A stretch of 26,340 nucleotides of DNA, from positions 1 to 26,340 of the IMG/VR virus record IMGVR_UViG_3300032247_000063. One strand, given 5' to 3'. Each line of letters opens with the position of its first letter. Position 1 is the first letter of the stretch. This stretch comes from a virus (Duplodnaviria; Caudoviricetes). Below the pieces are notes generated by a model that was not told the DNA's origin, ran no database searches, and saw only the letters and a list, made by a program, of their open reading frames with translations. A program made the position numbers and the translations under genes. Below, in pieces: positions 18,421-25,989 of the stretch.

Positions 18421-18897
18421 TTACGTCGTAGCCAACCGCAACAAAGCAGTAGTCGTGGTGTTAGACGGCATGGTCAACGTGAACGTACCAGCGGTAATGG
18501 TCTGACTACCAAACGTGTAAACAGCCACGGCCTTATTGCTCTGTGTAGAGTTGTACAACAACACCGTGTCAAAAGCTGTAGATAAGGTAACCGAAGAATA
18601 CGTAATTGAGGCTGACGGAGTCCAGTAAGCCACACCCGCAGTAGACGAACTGTTGGTAGACGAAGGAGCCGTAGCGTTAGTTATTGATACCCCACCAGCG
18701 GTATACCCAGTACCGGATACTTCGCCAGTAGCGGAGTAAGCCGTAGTAGCCGCATTGATGGTTGCGGTTGTCAAGTACAACGCACCTTTGAATGTATCAG
18801 CGGTAGTAGCTGCACGAATAGGGGCTGTGCCAAAGTTGTGTGTAGCAGTCAGCAATTCCCCCATGAAGGAGGTACACATTGAAGCGGTGTTTGCCAT
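18421..18897 (-). CDS. Virion structural protein (paralog of 19092-19508)
   Basis: SFMGELL..HNF...DTFKGALY...GYTAGG...LYN...NKAVAV..FG...TFTLTMP; AAGGA SD. Confidence 0.75.
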   Translation of the reverse strand: MANTASMCTSFMGELLTATHNFGTAPIRAATTADTFKGALYLTTATINAATTAYSATGEVSGTGYTAGGVSITNATAPSSTNSSSTAGVAYWTPSASITYSSVTLSTAFDTVLLYNSTQSNKAVAVYTFGSQTITAGTFTLTMPSNTTTTALLRLATT

Positions 18898-18906
18898 GAT
18901 AAATCC

Positions 18907-19095
18907 TTAAAAAGTACCGGTTTCGCCACCTAGTGGAGGCATCTTTTTCAACGTCACATGCACTGACCGATGAACCAATTCGCCATCCAGCCAGTATTCC
19001 GTCCACGTAGTGAACTCATTGTCGTCGTCCACTTCACCAGAACGATGTTCCAGCAAGGAGTCGTCCATCTCGCCTTTGGTCGTAGTGACAATCAA
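18907..19095 (-). CDS. Small acidic hypothetical protein
   Basis: 62 aa; start overlaps the upstream stop; fills the gap between the two paralogs. Confidence 0.65.
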   Translation of the reverse strand: MIVTTTKGEMDDSLLEHRSGEVDDDNEFTTWTEYWLDGELVHRSVHVTLKKMPPLGGETGTF

Positions 19096-19508
19096 TTTGA
19101 ACTCCTGATAAGTGCGGTGGTGGAAGTGTTGGCAGGCATGGTGATTGTAAAGGTCGTGGTCGAGGTTTTGTCTGCCCCGAAGTCAATCACTGCGATGGAT
19201 TTATTGCTCTGCGAGGCGTTGTAAATCAAAGCACACCGGGCCGTGATTGCCGCCGTCCAAGACGTATTTGCCCAGTTCACATAGGCTGTGTAGCCCGAAG
19301 AACTGATAGCCACCCCAGTCAACGTATTGCCGCCCGCTGTATAGCCAGACGCTACAACCTCATTGGTTGTTGTATATACAGTCGTGTCTGCGTTCAAGTT
19401 GGCATTGCCTGTGTACAGCGCAATCTTGAGCGTGTCCGTGGACAAATTGTGGACGGCCTGATACAACTCCTTCTTGAAGCTGGTGGTCTGCGTTTGGACA
19501 ATGCTCAT
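19092..19508 (-). CDS. Virion structural protein (paralog of 18421-18897)
   Basis: SFKKELY..HNL..DTLKIALY...GYTAGG...IYN...NKSIAVIDFG...TFTITMP. Confidence 0.75.
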   Translation of the reverse strand: MSIVQTQTTSFKKELYQAVHNLSTDTLKIALYTGNANLNADTTVYTTTNEVVASGYTAGGNTLTGVAISSSGYTAYVNWANTSWTAAITARCALIYNASQSNKSIAVIDFGADKTSTTTFTITMPANTSTTALIRSSN

Positions 19509-20200
19509 GTCACCGCCTGTCTAAACTGACCACTGCGGTACGCATCCTGCCGCTCCATACCATCGCCCAGACGTTTAGCCAGTGCAAGAGCTTCCTTGTA
19601 CTTGCCGTCATATAGCGCAACCAAGTCGGCTTCACCCTTCATAAAGGTGTATGCCTCAACCAACGAACCATACAGCAGCGCGGTGTCAAAGTTGTCGCCC
19701 AGCCAAGTCGTGGTTGCTGTGGTGATTGACTCGGGATAGTAGTAGTAGTGCAACTCAGTTGAGTACGTTGCATCCGGTGTAGGGCCAATGATGAACGTCA
19801 GTTCTGTAGTAACCACAGAGTTTGCAACGGTAGGGCCAAATAGCGCGTAGTACTTGGGCGTGCCTGTGTCAGTCGGCGTTGGATAGGCTTCGCGGATAAA
19901 GTTCACATCCTTGTTCAACAGGTACGTGTACGGGCCAGAACCCGAGTAGATTGCCATTGAATAAGGAGCGAGGAAGTCATCCGGGGCAGATAAGTACTTG
20001 GCACTTGCTGCAATAGTCCCTGTCACGTTCTTACGTAACGAAGGAAACTGCACCGTGTTATAGATGCGTTGTTCTGCCTGCTGGATGATTCGGTTAATCT
20101 GAGTCGTAGACGAGACCGTAGACGAATCCGCAAGGGTAATCGTCGGAAAGTTGTTTTCCGTGTAGGTCTGTATCGCCGCCGAAAGCTCAGAGTAGTTCAT
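19505..20200 (-). CDS. Head-tail adaptor-like protein
   Basis: 231 aa; helical N-terminus (IQQAEQRIY), GTPKYYA, IGPTPD..Y..ELHY, LLYGSLVEAY..MK: pattern of podophage adaptor/gatekeeper proteins. Confidence 0.7.
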   Translation of the reverse strand: MNYSELSAAIQTYTENNFPTITLADSSTVSSTTQINRIIQQAEQRIYNTVQFPSLRKNVTGTIAASAKYLSAPDDFLAPYSMAIYSGSGPYTYLLNKDVNFIREAYPTPTDTGTPKYYALFGPTVANSVVTTELTFIIGPTPDATYSTELHYYYYPESITTATTTWLGDNFDTALLYGSLVEAYTFMKGEADLVALYDGKYKEALALAKRLGDGMERQDAYRSGQFRQAVT

Positions 20201-20460
20201 GCCATTGGGCCCCTTGACATCAAGCCTTTGGTAGCTGCGCCAGTACCGCGCATTTTGATACCTGTTGTCTTGACTTGCTCATCACCAGCAGACTTGCTCA
20301 ACCCACCAAGGCTAATGTCCAAACTGTCCAATTTGCTTGTATTGGGTTCTTTGCCGGGGGTCGAAGAAGCCTTCATTGACTTACCGTCCATCGTGTGTGG
20401 AGGCGCGTAGACGCTGGCTTGACCAACTTCCTTGCCACCTTTTTTCATACTGTATGCCAT
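20197..20460 (-). CDS. Small basic hypothetical protein
   Basis: 87 aa; MKKGG near the N-terminus and KMRGTGAATKG near the C-terminus; coupled to the adaptor gene. Confidence 0.7.
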   Translation of the reverse strand: MAYSMKKGGKEVGQASVYAPPHTMDGKSMKASSTPGKEPNTSKLDSLDISLGGLSKSAGDEQVKTTGIKMRGTGAATKGLMSRGPMA

Positions 20461-20463
20461 GAT

Positions 20464-20664
20464 TTACCCCGTTTTTTGACTTGCTGCACGTGACATGTTA
20501 CGACCAAGACGCATACGGTCATCCGTAGTCGGGCCACCTTTTTTCAGCTTCAACGAAGTGCCCTTGCCGCCTTTATGCTCTTGAGCATCGTGCTGCTTAA
20601 ACGCCTTCTTAATCATGGCCTTATCTTGCGCCATATCACTTTTCATGCCTTCTTTAGCCATCAT
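20464..20664 (-). CDS. Small basic hypothetical protein
   Basis: 66 aa Lys/Met-rich; AGGAG SD; contains LKKGG. Confidence 0.7.
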   Translation of the reverse strand: MMAKEGMKSDMAQDKAMIKKAFKQHDAQEHKGGKGTSLKLKKGGPTTDDRMRLGRNMSRAASQKTG

Positions 20665-20670
20665 GGACTC

Positions 20671-21060
20671 CTATGAAACCGTTACTGTTACTGTACCAAC
20701 ACTCGTGGTTCCGACCAAGTAGTTGGGAGTCAAACCTATATCAACGCTACCACCCCCACCAATAGGGCTCCAGCCCCACTGAATGTCCCTACTACCCCCA
20801 GCGGGATAACCCAAGGTATCCAGCCCAGAAGTCACGTAGCTGCGGTCAGGACGCGGGTTACGCAAAGCCTGTGGGTCATCCACCGGGAACATGCCTAATT
20901 GCAACTGGGGCTGGTCGGGGTCCCAGCACTCTGGGCACACCAGCAGATTGTAGTTCTTTGTCTTGATAATTTCCGTCTTCAGAACCTTCAACATGAACCG
21001 CTGACCACAACGGTCACACTCTGAAATCGCATTCTTACCGGAAGCGAATCTATTGCCCAT
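20671..21060 (-). CDS. Hypothetical protein with CxxC...CxxC putative zinc ribbon
   Basis: ECDRCG and VCPECWD motifs, followed by DPQALRNPRPD. Confidence 0.75.
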   Translation of the reverse strand: MGNRFASGKNAISECDRCGQRFMLKVLKTEIIKTKNYNLLVCPECWDPDQPQLQLGMFPVDDPQALRNPRPDRSYVTSGLDTLGYPAGGSRDIQWGWSPIGGGGSVDIGLTPNYLVGTTSVGTVTVTVS

Positions 21061-21062
21061 GA

Positions 21063-21989
21063 CTACCGCCCGATATAGGTCTGTCGCGGCACCAAACGCA
21101 GGGCCGCTTTCTCATGGTCTTCGTACGCCGCAAGTTCCCAAGTCTCGTCGTATTGCTGCTTGAGCATGGGTAGGCGCTCCATACCGGTAGGAATCTTGCC
21201 TGCAATGTAGAACGCCAAGCCCGCTGCCATGCAGGGGATAAACCGGAACGGCACATCCATGATGTTCACACCGCCGCCAGCATCTTGGGTACGGCGCAAC
21301 CGCCAGTAAGCCAGTGTGTATGTCTGCGCGTTGTCAGGTGTAGGCCAGACGGTCACGGCGGGAAGCTGCTGCCAGTAGACAGTAGTCCCAGAAGTGTGCG
21401 CAGCGGCGGTAGTGTTGTTCTGCCCACGGAAGCAGCTATATAGGGTATTCCCGTCTATGTACCCGTAGTTGATGGTCTCTGAATCAATCTTGATGAACCC
21501 AGAAGCGGGTAGTCCCACAGTAGAACTCAGGGTAACTTCTGTGGCTGTGCTTGAAATTGAAGTACTTAGGGTTAACCCTACAACTGATGTTTGCCCGTTG
21601 TACCGTTGAATCCAAAGCTGGATAGGCCGCGCTTGGGTCAACTTGTTAGGGATAGTCGCGTAGGTAGAAACGCTGATGCGGGTAATGGTCAGGTCAGCCT
21701 GATTGGCAGTGCTGTTGGCATTCGTACGAATCAGATGCTCCAGCAAGTCAATCGTGTCATCCGGTAGGGGGTAGGTGTTCTGCCCCTGCACCAATTGGAT
21801 TGTGCCCGGCTCAATCGTCCACAGATTGATGCCACGGTTCGCCCAGTCAGCAAACATTATGTTGAGGCTGCGCCGCGCCGTGCGCATGTCATAGCCCGTA
21901 CGTAGCTCGCTTCCAGCCCGCTCAAAAGCCTCCTCGACCAACTCAGTGAGGTCAAGGTTGAAAGCTGTGGAGCCGGAGGTATTAGCCAT
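21063..21989 (-). CDS. Second head-tail adaptor-like structural protein with beta-rich insertion
   Basis: 308 aa; ELVEEAFERAG...ARRSLN..FADWANRG, GQNTYPLP, VWPTPD, VPFRFIPCMAAGLAFY; insert with IKIDSETINY...RGQNNTTAAAH. Confidence 0.65.
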   Translation of the reverse strand: MANTSGSTAFNLDLTELVEEAFERAGSELRTGYDMRTARRSLNIMFADWANRGINLWTIEPGTIQLVQGQNTYPLPDDTIDLLEHLIRTNANSTANQADLTITRISVSTYATIPNKLTQARPIQLWIQRYNGQTSVVGLTLSTSISSTATEVTLSSTVGLPASGFIKIDSETINYGYIDGNTLYSCFRGQNNTTAAAHTSGTTVYWQQLPAVTVWPTPDNAQTYTLAYWRLRRTQDAGGGVNIMDVPFRFIPCMAAGLAFYIAGKIPTGMERLPMLKQQYDETWELAAYEDHEKAALRLVPRQTYIGR

Positions 21990-22165
21990 TATTTCTTCAG
22001 ACCTTTAAGGGTTTCAGCCAGACGGGCACGTTGGCCCATCTTACCGGGGGCTTTTGCGGCCTTAGCAAGTTTCTTAGCGGGAATAGGCTTATCACCCTTC
22101 ACACCGAGCGATGCACGTAGTGCACCGGGGTTTTTGATTGCTTTCTGAATCCATTTCTCAGCCAT
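21989..22165 (-). CDS. Small very basic protein (58 aa), not in ORF track
   Basis: Hand translation MAEKWIQKAIKNPGALRASLGVKGDKPIPAKKLAKAAKAPGKMGQRARLAETLKGLKK; TAATG overlaps with both neighbours fill the gap exactly. Confidence 0.85.
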   Translation of the reverse strand: MAEKWIQKAIKNPGALRASLGVKGDKPIPAKKLAKAAKAPGKMGQRARLAETLKGLKK

Positions 22166-22398
22166 TATCTGTACCTCGCTGTTTTACTTGCAATGCTCTT
22201 GGGTTGCGCTACAAACTGTTTACCTGCTGCTTTACCCGCCCGTTTGGCTTTGGTGGTTGCAGCGTACTCGGCTGTGGACAAGGACTTTATAGCAGCTTCA
22301 GGGAGGTATCGCTCACCTGTTTTTGACGACGGCTTTCCCGACTTAGTGCGCCACTTCTGGTCGCCCCAGTTCTTTAGGGATTGCTGTGGTGCTTTCAA
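22165..22398 (-). CDS. Small basic protein, DUF5872-like
   Basis: QSLKNWGDQKWRTKSG...GERYLP...GKQFVAQP; family recognised from memory, not searched. Confidence 0.7.
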   Translation of the reverse strand: MKAPQQSLKNWGDQKWRTKSGKPSSKTGERYLPEAAIKSLSTAEYAATTKAKRAGKAAGKQFVAQPKSIASKTARYR

Positions 22399-22970
22399 TC
22401 TCTGTATCCCCCACCAGCAGCCTTGTACTTCTTGGCTACAAGCTGTGCTTTACGCGCTGACCACTGTCCAGCGCCCGTTCCTTGTGTAGCCGCAGCTTTC
22501 ACTTGGGCTACGATGCGTTTACGCAGACTTGGTTTGGTGTAGTTTCCCGCAGCATTGACCTTGCCACCATCCTTGAAGCGCAAGTTGTACTCTATAGCCG
22601 ATTTGCTATTTTGCCATTTGCCTTCTTGGTCTTTAGGTTTGTACCCACCACCCTCAACTGATGCCTGAAGACTAGAATTTTTTGTTAGGGGGTAAGTAAA
22701 TGTAGCCCTACCACTTGCACCAAAACCGCCGTAAGCATCATTTCCAGCCATGCCATCAAACGAGAGAGGCAACCCGTTTACCCTAGGTTCTTTATCTTGC
22801 TTTAATGCTTGTTCTTCAGCATCGGTTTTTTCTTTAGCCTTGACTTTTTCCGCAGCAGTTTCCCCGCCTTCAGCGTATTGCGTGAAGTCGGTGTTATCCC
22901 GTCGGGCAGTCTTAGTACCCTTGGGCATTTTGGATGGGCTAATAGCGCCCATGCCGCGAGAGGCCATCAT
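22395..22970 (-). CDS. Modular protein: basic N-terminus, beta-strand insert, C-terminal GQWSARKAQ domain
   Basis: Start moved to ATG at 22968-22970 (ATGA overlap with the upstream stop), 191 aa; YAEGG and FKDGG bracket a 100-codon insert. Confidence 0.75.
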   Translation of the reverse strand: MMASRGMGAISPSKMPKGTKTARRDNTDFTQYAEGGETAAEKVKAKEKTDAEEQALKQDKEPRVNGLPLSFDGMAGNDAYGGFGASGRATFTYPLTKNSSLQASVEGGGYKPKDQEGKWQNSKSAIEYNLRFKDGGKVNAAGNYTKPSLRKRIVAQVKAAATQGTGAGQWSARKAQLVAKKYKAAGGGYRD

Positions 22971-23476
22971 TTTTTGTACATCCCACCGCCGCACATGACT
23001 ACCGTGCCGCGAGTCTTTCCACGCTGAGCAATGCCATCCGCACGGCTGGATGCGGAGCCGCCTTTGGCGTAGCCCTCATCTTGCAACCCTTGGCGCATAC
23101 CTCTCTTAAAAGTAGCGCGTTCATCCATACCTAGTTTATCGGACAAATAGGCATCGGCATCATCAACTTTATCTCCGATGAACTGTCCTGCTCTTTCAAC
23201 ATACGCCATAGGAGTACCTAATACACCCCCACGTTCTGATGCGGTTTTTTGGCGTTTAATGCCTTCTTCCCGCCCCATTTCCCGCGCTTGTTGCGCTTGC
23301 TCTGCTAACTTGTCGCGTCTTTTTCTTTCGTATTGGGCATCACCACCGTAAGCGGGCACAAAGTCTTTTTCAGGCCCTATTTTTGAAGCATCCTCATAAG
23401 CCTTATTGGCTTTCTTACGAGTTTTTTCATCTGCTACATCGTTGTAGTTAGAGGGTTTTTTACCACTATCAGCCAT
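22967..23476 (-). CDS. Hypothetical protein with C-terminal RADGIAQRGKT tag
   Basis: 169 aa charged helical body; ends YAKGGSASSRADGIAQRGKTRGTVVMCGGGMYKK; AGGA SD. Confidence 0.8.
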   Translation of the reverse strand: MADSGKKPSNYNDVADEKTRKKANKAYEDASKIGPEKDFVPAYGGDAQYERKRRDKLAEQAQQAREMGREEGIKRQKTASERGGVLGTPMAYVERAGQFIGDKVDDADAYLSDKLGMDERATFKRGMRQGLQDEGYAKGGSASSRADGIAQRGKTRGTVVMCGGGMYKK

Positions 23477-23485
23477 TTTTAGTCC

Positions 23486-25249
23486 TTAGTAAAGTTTGCA
23501 GCGGGTCTTACCTTTGGAAGCAATACCGTCACCACGTTTAGAAGCAGAAGACACAGTTGAAGTCATGCCACCAGAAGCCATTTTCTTAGCTTTGATTTGC
23601 CCACCACCAGCTTTTTTGGAAATGATGAAGTTTTTGAAGTCTTGGAAGGTTAAGTTATCCTTGTTTTGATACGCAAGACTCTCTTCCATTTTTTTCTTAT
23701 CCGCTGGGGACATGTTTGCCAAAAAGGCTTTCCACCTCTTTTGTTTCTCTGCATAGGAAAGAGGTTTACTGGGGTACAAATCAGAACCTTCTCCAGCCAT
23801 TGAGGGTGTTAACCCAAGTGGTGTTATTAGCCCTTCCAATACATCGCGTGTAAGTTGCTCACGTTCTCCTGTGTCCATCTTAGTAGCTGCGTTGGCGGCA
23901 TTGCCAAGACCAAGACCCATCAATCCAAGACTAACTGCTGCACCAATCTTACCGGCCCTGATAGACGCAACTTGTTTTCCATGTGCTTCTATAGCGCTGT
24001 TTTTAACTTCCGCAGCTTTGGCTTTACGCGCAGCAGCTTGAGCATCCGTTTCTCCCGGTTGTTTCCAAGCACTATCTGCCATTTCTTTACTATTCAAAAT
24101 AGCAGCTAACTGCGCATCTGCGGCTTTAAGCGCAGCTTTTTTTTGTGCATCCAACCGCGCAGCGTTTTCTGTTGGAGCGGCAGTGGTAGTTGGGACAGGA
24201 AGAGCAGTACCCGAACTCTCTAGCAGTGCCCGTGCTTTAGCCGCTTTTTTATCTTCCCTCGTTTGGGTATCCGCACTAGTCTGTGCTGAAGTTGAGGTTG
24301 AAGGTGGAGCACTAGTAGTACGCCCTACCCGACTTTCCCGCAGCATCCGGTTGAAGTCATCCATATCCGTAGGTGTTGTATCAACTACGGGTGCACGTTT
24401 TTTGGTAGAAGTCTCACTTGTAACAGTTGGCCCCGCTGCCCACATATCTTTGTTTAATACCGCAGCGCGTTCATTGATGTTGTTACGCACCACTTTGTTT
24501 TTTCGTAACTCTGCATCAATCTCAGCTTGAGTTGCCCGGCTCTTTGCTTCAGCGTCGGCTTGGGCTTGGGCTCTAGCAGCACGGTCGGCTTCGTTTTGCG
24601 CACGGGCTCTAGCATCGCGGTCTTCGTCAACTCCTGTTTGCGTACGGTCTTTGAGGATGCCCCGTTGCGCTTCCGCTTTCATTCTTGCGCGGGCTTCATC
24701 TGCTAGTCGGGCTTCTCTTTTTACCTTTGCATAGTAAGCAGCCGCACCAGCGCCAGCAGCGCCTAGGCCAGCCGCACCAATACCAGCCGCGCCCATGCCA
24801 CCTGATTCTTCGGGGGCGACACCAGAAGGGAATGGCCTATCGTATCCAGAACCACTTTCAGTAAATGGGATTTCTTCGGCAGCACCGGAAGGGAATGGCC
24901 TGTCATACCCAGAACCACTTCCGGTAAATGGAACTTTTGCTGCGCCCTTGCCACCGCCACCGCCACCGCCACCTTTACCCCCGCCGTAAACTACATCACG
25001 GGCACGAATACCTCCAGTACCTACACCACTATTACCCCGCATGGCCCCTGCCATATTTACGTTTTCACCTGCACCAGTGGCGGGGTAATATGGCCTGTTA
25101 TACCCAGAATCACTTCCAGTAAATGGAACTTCCTCGGTAGACCCAGCAGCGGGCGTATCTTGCCCCGCACCTTGTTTATCAAGGTGATTCTTGTACATGT
25201 ACCCCATCGCACCTAGTGCGGCGAGAGCCGCCAAGTCATTGTTGTTCAT
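23486..25249 (-). CDS. Low-complexity/coiled-coil protein with C-terminal RGDGIASKGKT tag
   Basis: 587 aa; AAGGAG SD; three PFT.S.SGY.RP repeats, Gly/Ala hydrophobic stretches; ends MASGGMTSTVSSASKRGDGIASKGKTRCKLY. Confidence 0.8.
   Translation of the reverse strand: MNNNDLAALAALGAMGYMYKNHLDKQGAGQDTPAAGSTEEVPFTGSDSGYNRPYYPATGAGENVNMAGAMRGNSGVGTGGIRARDVVYGGGKGGGGGGGGKGAAKVPFTGSGSGYDRPFPSGAAEEIPFTESGSGYDRPFPSGVAPEESGGMGAAGIGAAGLGAAGAGAAAYYAKVKREARLADEARARMKAEAQRGILKDRTQTGVDEDRDARARAQNEADRAARAQAQADAEAKSRATQAEIDAELRKNKVVRNNINERAAVLNKDMWAAGPTVTSETSTKKRAPVVDTTPTDMDDFNRMLRESRVGRTTSAPPSTSTSAQTSADTQTREDKKAAKARALLESSGTALPVPTTTAAPTENAARLDAQKKAALKAADAQLAAILNSKEMADSAWKQPGETDAQAAARKAKAAEVKNSAIEAHGKQVASIRAGKIGAAVSLGLMGLGLGNAANAATKMDTGEREQLTRDVLEGLITPLGLTPSMAGEGSDLYPSKPLSYAEKQKRWKAFLANMSPADKKKMEESLAYQNKDNLTFQDFKNFIISKKAGGGQIKAKKMASGGMTSTVSSASKRGDGIASKGKTRCKLY
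24821..25135. repeat. Three coding direct repeats (two in tandem with 63-nt period, third at about 25091-25135)
   Basis: tggcct.t..ta.ccagaa.cactt.c.gtaaatgg.a.tt seen three times; encodes [VI]PFT[GE]S[DG]SGY[ND]RP. Confidence 0.85.
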
Positions 25250-25259
25250 GGATTACTCC

Positions 25260-25796
25260 TTAGCAGGCCATGCCGCCTTTTTTGAGCATCTTGCCTTGGG
25301 TCTTGCCTTTGGTAGCAACACCATCAGCACGGGCAGAAGCAGAGCCGCCAGAAGCCATCTTCTTAGTAGCGCCGCCTTTCTTCATCATCATTTGCTTTTT
25401 GTCCATTGCCATGTCAGCTTTGGAACCCTCTTTGACGCCTTTTTTCTCAACGTCTTTGCCGGACTTTTCAAAAGCAGCCATGCTCATGCCGCCCTTTTTC
25501 ATGCCGCTGGCTCCAGCTTTTTTCTTAGCCATCATTGCCATAAAACCGGGATTCATCTTAGTAGCCATAGTGTCACCACCTTTCTTGAACAATTCGTTCT
25601 TGCCCTGCTTAGTTTCAGGTTTGTTGATACGTTGCAAATCAGGCCGCGACGTAGAGCCTTTACCAAACTTCATTCCTTTGCTTGCACCGCTAAAGTCTTT
25701 TGCAACGGACTGAGGTATTCCTGCTTGCTGAGCGAACGACGGATTGTGCGCCGCAGCATCCATGAATTTTTTTTGTTTAAGGCTTGTCGCTGGCAT
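25260..25796 (-). CDS. Lys/Met-rich basic protein with five xKKGG/MASGG motifs and C-terminal RADGVATKGKT tag
   Basis: Start moved to ATG at 25794-25796 (MPATSLKQKKFM..., 178 aa) to reduce overlap with the upstream gene. Confidence 0.75.
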   Translation of the reverse strand: MPATSLKQKKFMDAAAHNPSFAQQAGIPQSVAKDFSGASKGMKFGKGSTSRPDLQRINKPETKQGKNELFKKGGDTMATKMNPGFMAMMAKKKAGASGMKKGGMSMAAFEKSGKDVEKKGVKEGSKADMAMDKKQMMMKKGGATKKMASGGSASARADGVATKGKTQGKMLKKGGMAC

Positions 25797-25989
25797 CGTC
25801 AGCTTTCTTTTTCCACTTGATAACTTCTGCGAAGGACTTGCCAGTAGCCATCTCAATGATGCGCATCACACCTACGATGGCTCCGATAAGACCAAACACA
25901 GGTGAAATCCATTCCAAAAATGCGCCGATGGTTGAAAAAACGGCAGCGACATCAAGGATGTCTTTAACGGTGTCGTGTGTATCATTCAT
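25777..25989 (-). CDS. Small membrane protein (holin-like topology)
   Basis: 70 aa; long hydrophobic core (ILDVAAVFSTIGAFLEWISPVFGLIGAIVGVM) and charged C-terminal tail; ATG abuts the upstream stop. Confidence 0.7.
   Translation of the reverse strand: MNDTHDTVKDILDVAAVFSTIGAFLEWISPVFGLIGAIVGVMRIIEMATGKSFAEVIKWKKKADDASDKP

Noticed and set aside
24821-25135. Direct repeats as a possible CRISPR mini-array or DGR template/variable repeat
   Set aside because: In-frame, irregularly spaced coding repeats with no unique spacers, no cas or reverse transcriptase gene, and no adenine-specific mismatch pattern.
25767-25774. A8 run on the coding strand as a frameshift/slippage site (also an A7 run near 8546-8552)
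   Set aside because: Explained by Lys codons; no downstream structure noticed and no alternative frame that needs joining.
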